Shown here in pieces: positions 1 to 13,250 of a stretch of DNA of 64,000 bases. How positions within the stretch are numbered: position 1 is the first letter of the stretch; every line of letters starts with the position of its first letter. Under the pieces are notes generated by a model. The model made no database searches and was not told the origin of the DNA. It saw only the letters and a program-made list of their open reading frames with translations. Origin of the DNA: Bacillota bacterium (GTDB lineage: Bacteria; Bacillota; Sulfobacillia; Sulfobacillales; JAIMBI01); the NCBI GenBank assembly GCA_021846505.1, contig JAJZWV010000004.1, positions 4,074-68,073 of the forward strand, read 5' to 3'. Both the position numbers and the translations under genes were made by a program.

Positions 1-2
1 CC

Positions 3-287
3 CCGGTGGCGGTCGCGGCTCCAGCCGCAGCGGCGGCGGGCGGCGCTCCGGTGGCTGTCGCCGAGGAAGTTGAGCAAACCGAGTTTGATGTGATTCTGAC
101 GTCCGCCGGCGACAAGAAGGTTCAGGTGATCAAGGCGGTCCGCGAGCTGACCGGCCTTTCACTCACCGACGCTAAAGCCGTGGTGGATGGAGCCCCCAAA
201 CCCGTCAAGGAAAAACTTAGCAAGGTGGACGCCGAGGCGGCTAAGGCCAAGCTGGAAGAGGCCGGTGCGGCGGCCCAAATCAAGTAG
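3..287 (+). CDS. rplL: 50S ribosomal protein L7/L12, C-terminal part (5' end outside window)
   Basis: Frame open to window edge; Ala-rich hinge then [43 protein letters not shown]...KAKLEEAGA (conserved L12 C-terminal domain); directly upstream of rpoB. Confidence 0.95.
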   Translation, partial: PVAVAAPAAAAAGGAPVAVAEEVEQTEFDVILTSAGDKKVQVIKAVRELTGLSLTDAKAVVDGAPKPVKEKLSKVDAEAAKAKLEEAGAAAQIK

Positions 288-303
288 CCAAGCGCGCTTC
301 ACG

Positions 304-350
304 GCCCATCCGCTGGTTGGCCTCGAAAAGGCCTTGACCAGGGGATGGGC
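304..350 (+). terminator. Imperfect GC-rich hairpin in rplL-rpoB spacer (possible attenuator)
   Basis: GCCCATCC (304-311) pairs with GGATGGGC (343-350); inner GGCC-TCGAAAA-GGCC stem; followed by TTGTG only, no long U tract. Confidence 0.4.
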
Positions 351-378
351 TTGTGATACGCTCGCTACTTGCGATATT
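351..378 (+). promoter_or_regulatory. Candidate sigma-A type promoter upstream of rpoB
   Basis: TTGTGA (351-356), 16-nt spacer, GATATT (373-378); hexamer match only. Confidence 0.3.
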
Positions 379-462
379 TTTTCTTCCCGCAACAACTTCA
401 TCCGGCCCTGGGAATTGGCCAGACATTGCACGGCGCACAATCGCTAAGGAGCTGACTGCTTA

Positions 463-3400
463 ATGGCCCAGCCGCTCGAAACTCCCCTGTCCCGCGTTAG
501 CTTCGGGTCCATCAACGAGGTTCTGGACATGCCGAACCTCATCGAGATCCAGAAAAGTTCTTACGACTGGTTTCTTCGCGAAGGGCTCCGCGATCTCCTG
601 CGCGATATCTCCCCGATCCAAGATTTCACCGGCAACTTGCAGCTGGAGTTTGTTGATCACCAGCTGAAAACGCCCAAGTACGACGTGGACGAGTGCAAGG
701 CACGAGACGTCACGTATTCGGCGCCGCTGCATGTCAAAGTCCGGCTCATCAACAAGGAGACCGGGGAAATCAAGGAGTCCGACGTGTTCATGGGCGACTT
801 CCCGCTCATGACCGACAAGGGGACCTTTATCATCAACGGCGCGGAGCGTGTGATTGTCAGCCAGCTGGTGCGGTCGCCGGGAGTGTACTTCAGCCGGGAA
901 TTTGACGTGTCCGGCAAGCCGCTGTTTTTTGCCCAGGTGATTCCCAATCGCGGCGCCTGGCTGGAGTTTGAGACCGATGCCAGCGAGGTTATCTCCGTCC
1001 GGATTGACCGCACGCGGAAGATCCCGGCGACTATTTTGCTGCGGGCGATGGGGCTCGAGACCGACGCGGCGATTGTGGACGCGGTGGGCGAGGACGAGCG
1101 CGTGCGGCGCACCATTGAGAAGGATCCCAGCCACACCCGGGAAGAAGCGTTGGTGGAAATTTACAAGCGTCTGCGCCCGGGGGAGCCTCCCACGGTGGAA
1201 AGCGCCGACACGCTGTTGAAGTCGCTGTTTTTTGAGCCGAAGCGCTATGACCTCGCGAGTGTGGGCCGATACAAAGTCAACAAGAAGCTGTCGGTGCAGC
1301 GGCGCATTGTGGGGCACATGGCGGGCGAGGTGCTGGCGGATCCCGAGACGGGCAGTGTGCTGGCGCACGAGGATGAGCGCATCTCCCGCGAAGCGGCCGA
1401 AGCGATTGGCGAAGCCGGCTTCGCGACGCTGACCTTGAAGACCGACGCTGGCCAAGAGGTGCGGGTGGTTGGCAATGGGTCGCCCCAGCCCGATGTGCGG
1501 GTGGTGACCCGCGAGGACGTCGTGGCCGTCTTCAACTATGTAATGAACCTTTATGACGACGTGGGGTCCACGGACGACATCGACCACTTGGGCAACCGCC
1601 GGCTCCGTTCGGTAGGCGAGTTGCTGCAAAACCAGTTCCGAGTGGGCTTGGGCCGCATGGAGCGGGTGGTGCGCGAGCGCATGACCATCCAAGACGCCGA
1701 GTCCGTGACGCCGCAGGTGCTCATCAACATTCGGCCGGTGGTGGCGGCGGTCAAAGAGTTTTTCGGGTCCTCGCAGCTGTCGCAGTTCATGGACCAGCAC
1801 AACCCGCTGGCCGAGCTGACCCACAAGCGCCGCCTGTCCGCGCTGGGCCCGGGTGGGCTGTCGCGGGAGCGGGCCGGGTTTGAGGTTCGCGACGTGCACC
1901 ACTCGCACTATGGCCGCATGTGCCCGATTGAGACACCTGAGGGGCCGAACATCGGCTTGATGCTGTCCCTGTCGACGTACGCGCGCATCAACGCATACGG
2001 CTTTATGGAAACCCCCTACCGGGTGGTGGACAAGTTGCACGGCGTGGTCACCAACGAAATCAAGTATCTGACGGCCGATGAAGAAGACGACGCGGTCATC
2101 GCCCAGGCCAACGAGCCGCTGGCGGAGGACGGCCACTTCACGGCGGAGCGGGTGACCGTGCGCTTTAAGCAGGAAATTTTGGAAGTGGAGCCCACGCGGG
2201 TGGACTTCATGGATGTGTCGCCGAAGCAGGTGGTGTCCGTCGCTACGGCCCTGATTCCGTTCCTGGAGCACGACGACGCCAACCGGGCCTTGATGGGCGC
2301 CAACATGCAGCGGCAGGCTGTGCCCCTGTTGCGCACCGACGCACCGCTGGTGGGCACCGGCATGGAGAAGAAGGCGGCCGTGGACTCCGGCGTGATGATT
2401 GTCGCCGAGGGCGATGGAGTGGTGGAGCGCGTCTCGGCGCACCAAATCACCGTGCGCTATACCGATGGCCAGGTTAAAAGCTACCGCCTGCACAAGTTCA
2501 TGCGGTCCAACCAGGGCACGTGCATCAACCAGCGCCCCGTGGTGCACCGCGGGGATGAGGTGCTGGCGGGCCAGGTGCTGGCCGATGGGCCGTCGACGGA
2601 TCAGGGGGAGCTGGCGCTCGGCCGCAATGTCCTGGTGGCGTTCATGCCCTGGGAGGGCTACAACTACGAAGACGCCATCCTGATCAATGACCGCTTGGTG
2701 AAGGACGACGTGTTCACGTCTATCCACATCGAAGAGTACGAAAGCGATGCCCGCGACACCAAGCTGGGTCCGGAAGAGATTACCCGCGACATCCCCAACG
2801 TGGGCGAAGAGGTGCTGAAGGACCTGGACGAGCGGGGCATTATCCGCATCGGGGCGGAAGTGCGGCCGGGCGACATCCTGGTGGGCAAGGTGACCCCCAA
2901 GGGGGAAACCGAGCTGACCGCGGAGGAGCGCCTCCTGCGGGCCATCTTTGGCGAAAAGGCCCGGGAAGTTCGGGATACGTCACTGCGCGTGCCCCACGGC
3001 GAGTCGGGCATCGTGGTCGACGTCAAGGTGTTCGAGCGATCGGCCGGCGACGAGCTGTCGCCGGGCGTCAACCAGCTGGTGCAGGTGTACATCGCCCAGA
3101 AGCGCAAGATTTCCGAGGGCGACAAGATGGCGGGTCGTCACGGCAACAAGGGCGTAATCTCGAAAATCCTGCCCGAGGAAGACATGCCCTTTCTGCCGGA
3201 TGGGACGCCCGTGGACATCGTGCTCAGCCCGCTGGGTGTGCCGTCGCGCATGAACATCGGCCAGATTCTGGAGACCCACTTGGGCTGGGCGGCCATGGCC
3301 TTAGGCTTGAAAGTCGCGACCCCGGTGTTTGACGGCGCGTCGGACTACCAGGTGGCCGAGTTTCTCGGGAGGGCCAACCTGCCGGCCGATGGCAAGACCG

Positions 3401-4071
3401 TGCTGCACGACGGCCGCACAGGGGAGCCGTTCGACAACCGGGTCACGGTGGGCGTGGTGTACATGCTGAAGCTGGCGCACTTGGTAGACGACAAAATCCA
3501 TGCGCGGTCCACGGGCCCGTACTCACTCGTTACCCAGCAGCCGCTGGGGGGCAAAGCGCAGTTTGGGGGCCAGCGCTTCGGTGAGATGGAAGTATGGGCG
3601 CTGGAAGCTTACGGCGCGGCCTACACCCTGCAGGAGCTGTTGACGGTGAAGTCCGACGACACGGTGGGCCGGGTGAAAACCTACGAGGCCATCGTGAAGG
3701 GGGAAAACGTGCCCGAGCCCGGGGTGCCGGAGTCGTTCAAGGTGCTGATCAAGGAGCTCCAAAGCTTGGGTCTCGACGTCAAAGTGCTCAACGAGCTGGA
3801 CGAGGAGATTGAGCTGCGGGAGCTGGAGGAAGACATCGACCCGCGCCGGTCCGACTTGCTGGTGGAGCCGCTGGACGACGATGGGTCGGACGAGCGAGAG
3901 CTGCAGCGGCTGATGGGCGACGGCTTAGACGCCACGGTCGGGTCCCGGGCACCGGAAGGCTTCGGGGAGGAAGATGCTGACGATGAGGATGACGGCGAGG
4001 ACAGCTCGCAGGCCATGGCCATCCTGCAGCGCGGAGGATCGGACGACGAATCCCAGGGGGACCCGGACTAG
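463..4071 (+). CDS. rpoB: DNA-directed RNA polymerase subunit beta
   Basis: 1202 aa; conserved blocks [93 protein letters not shown]; acidic C-terminal tail as in Firmicutes. Confidence 0.99.
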   Translation: MAQPLETPLSRVSFGSINEVLDMPNLIEIQKSSYDWFLREGLRDLLRDISPIQDFTGNLQLEFVDHQLKTPKYDVDECKARDVTYSAPLHVKVRLINKETGEIKESDVFMGDFPLMTDKGTFIINGAERVIVSQLVRSPGVYFSREFDVSGKPLFFAQVIPNRGAWLEFETDASEVISVRIDRTRKIPATILLRAMGLETDAAIVDAVGEDERVRRTIEKDPSHTREEALVEIYKRLRPGEPPTVESADTLLKSLFFEPKRYDLASVGRYKVNKKLSVQRRIVGHMAGEVLADPETGSVLAHEDERISREAAEAIGEAGFATLTLKTDAGQEVRVVGNGSPQPDVRVVTREDVVAVFNYVMNLYDDVGSTDDIDHLGNRRLRSVGELLQNQFRVGLGRMERVVRERMTIQDAESVTPQVLINIRPVVAAVKEFFGSSQLSQFMDQHNPLAELTHKRRLSALGPGGLSRERAGFEVRDVHHSHYGRMCPIETPEGPNIGLMLSLSTYARINAYGFMETPYRVVDKLHGVVTNEIKYLTADEEDDAVIAQANEPLAEDGHFTAERVTVRFKQEILEVEPTRVDFMDVSPKQVVSVATALIPFLEHDDANRALMGANMQRQAVPLLRTDAPLVGTGMEKKAAVDSGVMIVAEGDGVVERVSAHQITVRYTDGQVKSYRLHKFMRSNQGTCINQRPVVHRGDEVLAGQVLADGPSTDQGELALGRNVLVAFMPWEGYNYEDAILINDRLVKDDVFTSIHIEEYESDARDTKLGPEEITRDIPNVGEEVLKDLDERGIIRIGAEVRPGDILVGKVTPKGETELTAEERLLRAIFGEKAREVRDTSLRVPHGESGIVVDVKVFERSAGDELSPGVNQLVQVYIAQKRKISEGDKMAGRHGNKGVISKILPEEDMPFLPDGTPVDIVLSPLGVPSRMNIGQILETHLGWAAMALGLKVATPVFDGASDYQVAEFLGRANLPADGKTVLHDGRTGEPFDNRVTVGVVYMLKLAHLVDDKIHARSTGPYSLVTQQPLGGKAQFGGQRFGEMEVWALEAYGAAYTLQELLTVKSDDTVGRVKTYEAIVKGENVPEPGVPESFKVLIKELQSLGLDVKVLNELDEEIELRELEEDIDPRRSDLLVEPLDDDGSDERELQRLMGDGLDATVGSRAPEGFGEEDADDEDDGEDSSQAMAILQRGGSDDESQGDPD

Positions 4072-4145
4072 GGAAGGCGGTTCGGGCCCCGAACGCGGGG
4101 CGCGAGTCCTACACCTTGACCCTTCAAAGGAGGACGACAGGCCGT

Positions 4146-7628
<3,483 letters not shown>

Positions 7629-7637
7629 AACCCGCGA

Positions 7638-7680
7638 AAGCCGCTCCTCACTCAATCCAGGTGGGGAGCGGCTTCTTTGT
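7638..7680 (+). terminator. Hairpin terminator between convergent rpoC and small membrane-protein gene
   Basis: AAGCCGCTCC (7638-7647) pairs perfectly with GGAGCGGCTT (7665-7674), followed by CTTTGTG; lies 10 nt after the rpoC stop. Confidence 0.65.
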
Positions 7681-7681
7681 G

Positions 7682-7945
7682 CTACAGAAAGCTCAAGATG
7701 GGCAGCTGCTTCAGCACCAGCATGATGACGCCCAGCACGATGCCCAGCAGGGCCAGGCGCTTGGACCCGGGGCGCATCAAGCCCACTAGCCCAAACAGCA
7801 CGGCCAAGATACCCAAAATGTCTGCCACCGTGGCGCCCAGGACGGGTATCCAGCCCAGCACCAAGGCGGCCACCCCGAACAAGCCGCTCCAGAAGCCCGC
7901 GTCATTGCCGCGATGAAGCTCTCGCCGCACAGAACCCACGGCCAT
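7682..7945 (-). CDS. Small hydrophobic membrane protein (2-3 predicted TM helices), unknown function
   Basis: GFWSGLFGVAALVLGWIPVLGATVADILGILAVLFGLVGL...LLGIVLGVIMLVLKQLPI; AAGGAGG just upstream of ATG 7945 (track ORF extends to 8089; upstream part looks non-coding). Confidence 0.6.
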   Translation of the reverse strand: MAVGSVRRELHRGNDAGFWSGLFGVAALVLGWIPVLGATVADILGILAVLFGLVGLMRPGSKRLALLGIVLGVIMLVLKQLPILSFL

Positions 7946-8336
7946 CCCCTCCTTGCCCCTCACGAGACTCACCACACTCACATGCCCCTCGGTCTCCTGG
8001 GCCGCGCCTGCCCCGTCGAGGGCTGCTAGTCCCATCCTGAACGGTTCGGCCGCAACTGGCAAGAACCCGGCATCCCGCGTTGATGGCAAGGGACGCTAAG
8101 AGATCCGAAGAAGCCCACGGGGCAGCCGCTCTCCGGCAGATTTGCCCGCACGCCGGTGTCCAAAAAGGCCAAGCGTGCAAGTGCGGCGTGCCCGCTTGCG
8201 CGTCTCGACGCAGAAGCGGGGGCCCCCACTTCGCCGGTTCGGGGGTTGCCGCTCTGGAGCCCTGTGAGGGCCGGTGCCTGGCCTATCCGACTTGTCACAG
8301 AATCTGACGGGGCGACCAGGGCGTATCCGCAGCCCC

Positions 8337-8840
8337 TCAACTCGCCCCAACCGTCGGGCTGCGGCGCTCCAGCAGCAGCGTGTCCCGCCAGACGCCGTGG
8401 AGCTGGCCGATGCGCTCGCGGCGTCCCACCACCCGAAAGCCACATCGCTCGTGGAGCCGGACGCTAGCTACGTTCTCGGGAAAGATGCTCGCCTGCAAGG
8501 TCCACAAGCCCGCCGCCTCACTGGCGGCCACGAGGTGACGCAGCAACTCGCGCCCCACCCCCTGGCCGCGAGCAGGGGCCGCCACGTACACGCTCACCTC
8601 GGCTACACCGGCATACGCGCACGGGCTGCTCACCGACGACAGCGCCGCCCACCCGACCAGGGTGTCTCGGGAGTGCGCGGCTAGGCGGCAGTCCGCCAGG
8701 TGGGCAGCGTCCCACGCCGCCCAACTTGGCGCCTCGGTCTCAAATGAGGCCTGGCCGGCCAAGAGCGCCTCTGCGAAAATGGCCAGCACGCCATCCGCGT
8801 CGGCTGGCGCCATGGCCACAATGTCGATGGTTGGCTCCAT
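8337..8840 (-). CDS. GNAT acetyltransferase, phosphinothricin/L-amino-acid N-acetyltransferase (PAT/YncA) type
   Basis: GWAALSSVSSPCAYAGVAEVSVYVAAPARGQGVGRELLRHLVAASEAAGLWTLQASIFPENVASVRLHERCGFRVVGRRERIGQLHGVWRDTLLLER matches the PAT-family pattern; start taken at MEPTIDIV. Confidence 0.8.
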   Translation of the reverse strand: MEPTIDIVAMAPADADGVLAIFAEALLAGQASFETEAPSWAAWDAAHLADCRLAAHSRDTLVGWAALSSVSSPCAYAGVAEVSVYVAAPARGQGVGRELLRHLVAASEAAGLWTLQASIFPENVASVRLHERCGFRVVGRRERIGQLHGVWRDTLLLERRSPTVGAS

Positions 8841-9797
8841 AACGATCCCCTGGGTCAGTAAACCACAGCGCCGAACCCCGTGCGCATCGACCTCGACCTC
8901 CAAAGCGCGCACGCGGACCGCCTCGGCTTCTTACCCTTGTGGGGAGCGGATCACCATGGAGAACGTGTATCTCGAAAGGCCTGGGACCAGGTCGCCCAAA
9001 AAGTCGGGGAGCTGAGCCATGCCGCGCTGGTGGCGCGTCCGGGGGTGCGCCAGGCAGCGAAAGCAGGCCGGCTTCCTGTGCCCAACGCCACCGCCGGGAA
9101 TCGGCACCTGAAGGAGCTGCTGGGGGAGAAAGGGCGCGAGCTTGCCATCCTCCGCGGGCCGCAAAAACAGCCGGCCGCATCCCCACGGCCGCTGCGTCGC
9201 CGCGCACCACTGGATCACGCGAGAGTGCGGTGTGCCAGCTGGCGGCGGCAGCGCCATCCACGCACCCTGCTGGGCGGGTCGGGACGGCCGCGCCCGCGCT
9301 GTCTTGGCGGCGTGCGCTAGCATGTCGCGGCGGTGGGCCACAGCCCGCTCGCCATCCCAGGGGGCCGGCAGATCGGCAAACCCCGTGATAGCTCCCGGCC
9401 TCCCGCTGCTCAATCCATCAGGCGCACTTCCCTCGATGAAGTGATGGCCCACGCCAGAAGCGCCAAAGCCATCGCATCGCGGGAGATGGTGGGAGCTGCC
9501 ATCGAGCCCGCCCCGATCTCTGGGCGGTCGGGGCGGGCGCACCACCGCGTCGGCTTGCCGTCGATGTAGGGGACGGTCCTGCCGGGAAGCGCGCCACCGC
9601 CACGCCTTCGCAGCAGGGAGAATGACCCGGGCCTCCGTCAGGTCGCGCAGGGTCCGCGCGCACCACCGACACGGCTGAGGGGATCGCCTTTAGCGGCGGG
9701 TTAGGCACGACGCCGCCCCTTCACGTTTGTTGGCGAGCCCGATGCCCCCTGGCTCCCGCCGGCCGCTAAGAAGGTCACGGCCCTCTGCTGCGGACTG

Positions 9798-10280
9798 TTA
9801 TCTTGTGCTGTGGTCGCTGGCGAAAAAGACGAGCGGCTTCCCTGTCACCGCACTGACCACGCCACTCATGGGCAGCCAAGGTGTAATGGGTTGATAAGAG
9901 GTGCCCGGTCCGCCGCCAAGGGGATACGACGCCTGATTCCAGGTCAAAGTCCACGCCGGCTGCCGGTGAACAAGCTGGGAACCGGGCAGAGAAAACAGCA
10001 CCAATTCCGCCCCGAATGGAGGTTCTGCAAGCGCATCCACCGATTCTACAGCCTTGATCGCTTGACCCTCTGATACAGGCAAGGGAATCGACGCCGGCTT
10101 TCCGAGGAAGGCCGCCACATCGCTGGGGGCCATGCGCACGGCGGCAGAATCGTGCTCGCTGAGGGTCGCGGCACTAGGGGGCAATGGGGCGGCTGGCGCC
10201 GCGCCTATGGTCACGAACGCAAGCAATGCGCTCACGGCCACTATACCCAAGACCACGAGGGTGGTTCGCTGGGGCGCCAT
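9798..10280 (-). CDS. Secreted/membrane-anchored hypothetical protein
   Basis: N-terminal signal-anchor TTLVVLGIVAVSALLAFVTIGAAPA; lower-GC codon usage than flanks; perfect TATAAT (minus strand, 10380-10385) about 100 nt upstream. Confidence 0.6.
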   Translation of the reverse strand: MAPQRTTLVVLGIVAVSALLAFVTIGAAPAAPLPPSAATLSEHDSAAVRMAPSDVAAFLGKPASIPLPVSEGQAIKAVESVDALAEPPFGAELVLFSLPGSQLVHRQPAWTLTWNQASYPLGGGPGTSYQPITPWLPMSGVVSAVTGKPLVFFASDHSTR

Positions 10281-10489
10281 TTCTTTTGTCGCGACCGCTC
10301 ATCTTCCCTCAGCGGCTGGCATCGTACACTTGAATTAAAAATACCTCTGTTGGACATCCCGCCAAGTTGCCCTGGTGCCCCAATTATACTCCCCGGAACA
10401 GGTTCCTTCGGCGCCGTCGCACAGCGCCGAGATGTTTTCGCCCCATCGCTCACGGCCCTCTCTTGCTCCCTTTGGGCGCTGCCGTCCCA

Positions 10490-11167
10490 CTATTGCGCAC
10501 CTGGCGCGGCCGACGGGCTCTCCTGGCGGCCATCGAGCGGCTGGCCTTTGATGGCCCGCCCCCGGATCACCGGGACAAGGCCTCCTTGGCGGACTCGCGA
10601 CACGCTGTCTAGCGCGAGCGGGCTGTCGCGGATGGCGGCCGCCACGTCGCGGGTGAGATGGCAGCCGGCTCCCACGCGCTGCCACAGGGGATCCAGGAGG
10701 CGCTGGACTCCGCCCCACGCCCCGGTTTGCGATACGTGCTCCAGGAAGAGGTACTGCCCGCCGGGGCGAAGCACGCGGGCCAGCTGCCGCAGCGCCTGGG
10801 GCACCTGGCCGACACTGCACAGCACCAAGCTGCTGATCGCGGTGTCGACACTTGAGGGCGGCAGGGTCAAGGCTTCCGCGACGTCTGGCAAAATGGGCAG
10901 GTGCGGATAGCGTTGGCGGAGGATGTCCCGCATCGCGGCATCCGGCTCCAGCAGGATCACCTCCGTCACCTGGGGCCCGAGTGCCGGCACGTCCAGACCT
11001 GTCCCGGCTCCCACAATGAGCGTCCGGCCTACCGCCTGAGCATTCTGGAGGCGGCGGGCCTCGCCGACCATCCGCTCCAGCGCGCCCTCCGCCCGCGGAT
11101 ACCAGTGGCTAAAGCAGGGGTGGCTGACGGGCGGGCGGCCTGCCGGGCGTTTGGCTCCCCGCGTCAC
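10490..11167 (-). CDS. Class I SAM-dependent methyltransferase
   Basis: SAM motif I LIVGAGTGLDV, later LRPGGQYLFLEHV; start overlaps the cupredoxin stop by 4 nt (operon). Confidence 0.85.
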   Translation of the reverse strand: MTRGAKRPAGRPPVSHPCFSHWYPRAEGALERMVGEARRLQNAQAVGRTLIVGAGTGLDVPALGPQVTEVILLEPDAAMRDILRQRYPHLPILPDVAEALTLPPSSVDTAISSLVLCSVGQVPQALRQLARVLRPGGQYLFLEHVSQTGAWGGVQRLLDPLWQRVGAGCHLTRDVAAAIRDSPLALDSVSRVRQGGLVPVIRGRAIKGQPLDGRQESPSAAPGAQ

Positions 11168-11856
11168 GATACCACCAGGGTTCCGGCCATCCCCTGGGCG
11201 GCGTGGCCCGGCACGGGGCAGATGTAGGAATAGGTTCCTGGCGCCGAGGCCGTGAAGGTCGATTGTGCGTGCGGTGCCCCGGCGGCAGACTCGGGGGGAA
11301 TGGGCATGATGAAGCCACCGGGAAAGGCCACGCTCCCCTGCATCATGGCCATGGCCGTGAAGGGCGGGCGGGCGGTGGTGACCTCAAACCCATGGACGTA
11401 TCCCTGGTCGGCGTTGACCAGCTCGACGGTGATGCGGGCGCCGCGCGGCACGATGACCGTCGGGTTGATGAGCCCATCGATCTCCCACTGCATGCCGGGA
11501 AGGCGCAGAGCCACGGGGGCCGCCAGTGGGACCACAACGTCCTGGTGGCCATGATATGTAATGGTGTTGGCGGCCCGGTCGATGGTGGCGCCCCGTTCGC
11601 TCGCACGCACGGCGGCCGAAACCTGCTGAACACTCCAAGTCCTGACGGGAGCCCCCGTTCCACCCCCCATCATGCCCCCGGACTCGCCCGGGCCCGATCC
11701 GTAGGCGCCATAGCCCATCATGCCACCGCTGTTCAGTCCCCAGGACCCTCCTCCCGGGAACATGGCACCCTGTGGCAGGGCCGCTCCAGCGAAAATGCCA
11801 AACACGCCGGCGGCCACCAAGCCCAATCCCCACCAGAGTCCCCGCGGCTGCATCAT
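11164..11856 (-). CDS. Membrane-anchored type-1 copper protein (rusticyanin/sulfocyanin-like cupredoxin) with Gly/Met-rich linker
   Basis: N-terminal TM helix; linker GGMMGYGAYGSGPGESGGMMGGG; cupredoxin ligand set GYVHGF ... YICPVPGHAAQGM (Cys-x4-His-x4-Met as in rusticyanin CQIPGHAATGM). Confidence 0.85.
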   Translation of the reverse strand: MMQPRGLWWGLGLVAAGVFGIFAGAALPQGAMFPGGGSWGLNSGGMMGYGAYGSGPGESGGMMGGGTGAPVRTWSVQQVSAAVRASERGATIDRAANTITYHGHQDVVVPLAAPVALRLPGMQWEIDGLINPTVIVPRGARITVELVNADQGYVHGFEVTTARPPFTAMAMMQGSVAFPGGFIMPIPPESAAGAPHAQSTFTASAPGTYSYICPVPGHAAQGMAGTLVVS

Positions 11857-11925
11857 GACACCTCTCCTTTCTCACACTCCTGTACTCCTCGTGGTCCGTC
11901 TCAGGACCGAGTACGGTCGCTATGC

Positions 11926-12162
11926 CTAGCTGCGCAGCCGAGACCGGAGCGCATCGTACTCCTCTACGGTGATCTCGCCCCGCGCGAGTCGCAGCGCGAG
12001 CGTCGCCTGCGCATCGGCCGGCGCGGCAGCGCTCGGCCGATGGGTCATCGTCTGGATGACCCAGACCACCAGCACGACGAGCCCCGCCACGACGACGAGC
12101 CACGCCAAGCCCATCACCCATCCGGCGAGACCCCATCCGCCGTATCCCATCCCCATCCCCAT
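11926..12162 (-). CDS. SHOCT-domain small membrane protein
   Basis: MGMGMGYGGWG N-terminus, one TM helix, C-terminal LARGEITVEEYDALRSRL (SHOCT motif); AAGGGGG SD upstream. Confidence 0.8.
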   Translation of the reverse strand: MGMGMGYGGWGLAGWVMGLAWLVVVAGLVVLVVWVIQTMTHRPSAAAPADAQATLALRLARGEITVEEYDALRSRLRS

Positions 12163-12187
12163 GGGTCCGCCCCCTTATCTCCAATTG

Positions 12188-12436
12188 TTAATGGTCCCCG
12201 GGCGTTCGCCGCTCCAGCGCGCGGCGCATCTCCTCATACTGGTCGCGAGTCAGTTCGCCCCGCGCATACCGGATCCGGATAATAGCGAGCGGGTCGTCTT
12301 CGGTCGACTTTTGGAAGGGGCCGCCGAGCGACCGCACGGCGGCATACAGGAGGAGGCCGGCGCCAGCCAGGATGACGAGCCACAGCAGCATGCCTACCAC
12401 CATCATTCCGTACATCGACCCAAACACCGCACCCAC
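12188..12436 (-). CDS. SHOCT-domain small membrane protein
   Basis: SMYGMMVVGMLLWLVILAGAGLLLY TM helix, C-terminal YARGELTRDQYEEMRRAL (SHOCT motif); start set at GTG 12436 after AGGAGG (track start 12571 would overrun the divergent promoter); ATG 12415 is an alternative. Confidence 0.7.
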   Translation of the reverse strand: MGAVFGSMYGMMVVGMLLWLVILAGAGLLLYAAVRSLGGPFQKSTEDDPLAIIRIRYARGELTRDQYEEMRRALERRTPGDH

Positions 12437-12464
12437 TCCTCGCCTCCTAGCGTATCCGCGCCAT

Positions 12465-12524
12465 GTAACGCCACGGCCGCGGGCCCGCAAATTTCGTGTA
12501 ACATGCGCGTAAACTGTTGGTAAC
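12465..12524. promoter_or_regulatory. Helically phased GTAAC/GTAAA direct repeats in the divergent promoter region (candidate response-regulator boxes)
   Basis: GTAAC at 12465, 12498 and 12520 and GTAAA at 12509; spacings 33, 11 and 11 bp; located between the SHOCT operon and the response-regulator gene. Confidence 0.5.
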
Positions 12525-12551
12525 GCGCGCTGCGAGCACTGGAGGGGGAAC

Positions 12552-13250
12552 ATGCCACGCCTCTTGGTCATCGACGATGATGTCGTCGTCGGTGAGTTGG
12601 TAAAGGCCTATGGGAACACCATGGGTTGGGTGGTGGAGGCGGTGGCGGACGCGGCCGCGGGCCTCCAAGCCTTTCGGACGCACCCGCCGGATGTAGTGGT
12701 CTTGGACCTGATGCTGCCCGACGCCAGTGGGTGGACGGTCTTGGAAGCCATACGCAGCGGCGCCAGCGATGCTTACGTGCTGGTGCTGACGGCGAGGGCC
12801 GACGAAGCGGACCGCATCGGAGGCTTCGCTCGCGGGGCCGACGACTACGTGGTCAAGCCGTTCAGCCCCGGTGAGCTCATGGCGCGGTGTCAGGCACTCC
12901 TGCGCCGGCCGCGGGCCAGCAGCTCTGCAGCCGCCCCTCCCTTGGCCCATGGCGGATTGGCGCTCGATCCCGATACAGACGAGGCGCGGCTTGACGGCGC
13001 GCGGCTGGAACTGAGCGCGCTCGAATTTCAGTTGCTCATGTCCTTGATGCGGCGGCCGGGGCGCGTGTTTACGCGCGACCAGCTGGCCGACGCCGTCTGG
13101 GGCCAGACCGAGGTGGGGGCCGGCCGCGTGGTCGACGTGCACATCGGCCGCCTGCGCCGCAAACTCGGTGAGGCAGCGGAGAGTCCGCGGTTCATTGAGA
13201 CCATCCGCGGGGTCGGCTACCGCCTGCGCGCTCAGCCGGGTCCGCCGTGA
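12552..13250 (+). CDS. OmpR/PhoB-family response regulator
   Basis: Receiver LLVIDDD...VVVLDLMLPDASG; winged helix LSALEFQLLMSLMRRPGRVFTRDQL...IETIRGVGYRL; GGAGGGGG SD. Confidence 0.95.
   Translation: MPRLLVIDDDVVVGELVKAYGNTMGWVVEAVADAAAGLQAFRTHPPDVVVLDLMLPDASGWTVLEAIRSGASDAYVLVLTARADEADRIGGFARGADDYVVKPFSPGELMARCQALLRRPRASSSAAAPPLAHGGLALDPDTDEARLDGARLELSALEFQLLMSLMRRPGRVFTRDQLADAVWGQTEVGAGRVVDVHIGRLRRKLGEAAESPRFIETIRGVGYRLRAQPGPP

Noticed and set aside
3780-4071. Long acidic C-terminal tail of RpoB as an unusual feature
   Set aside because: Acidic C-terminal tails of similar length are normal for Firmicutes RpoB, so this is not noteworthy.
7946-8336. Possible riboswitch/leader upstream of the small membrane-protein gene (390-bp gene-free stretch with a hairpin at 8191-8220)
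   Set aside because: I could not match it to any riboswitch consensus I know (fluoride, Mn, guanidine, c-di-GMP, cobalamin). The hairpin is more simply a terminator-like structure downstream of the GNAT gene. A covariance-model scan would be needed.
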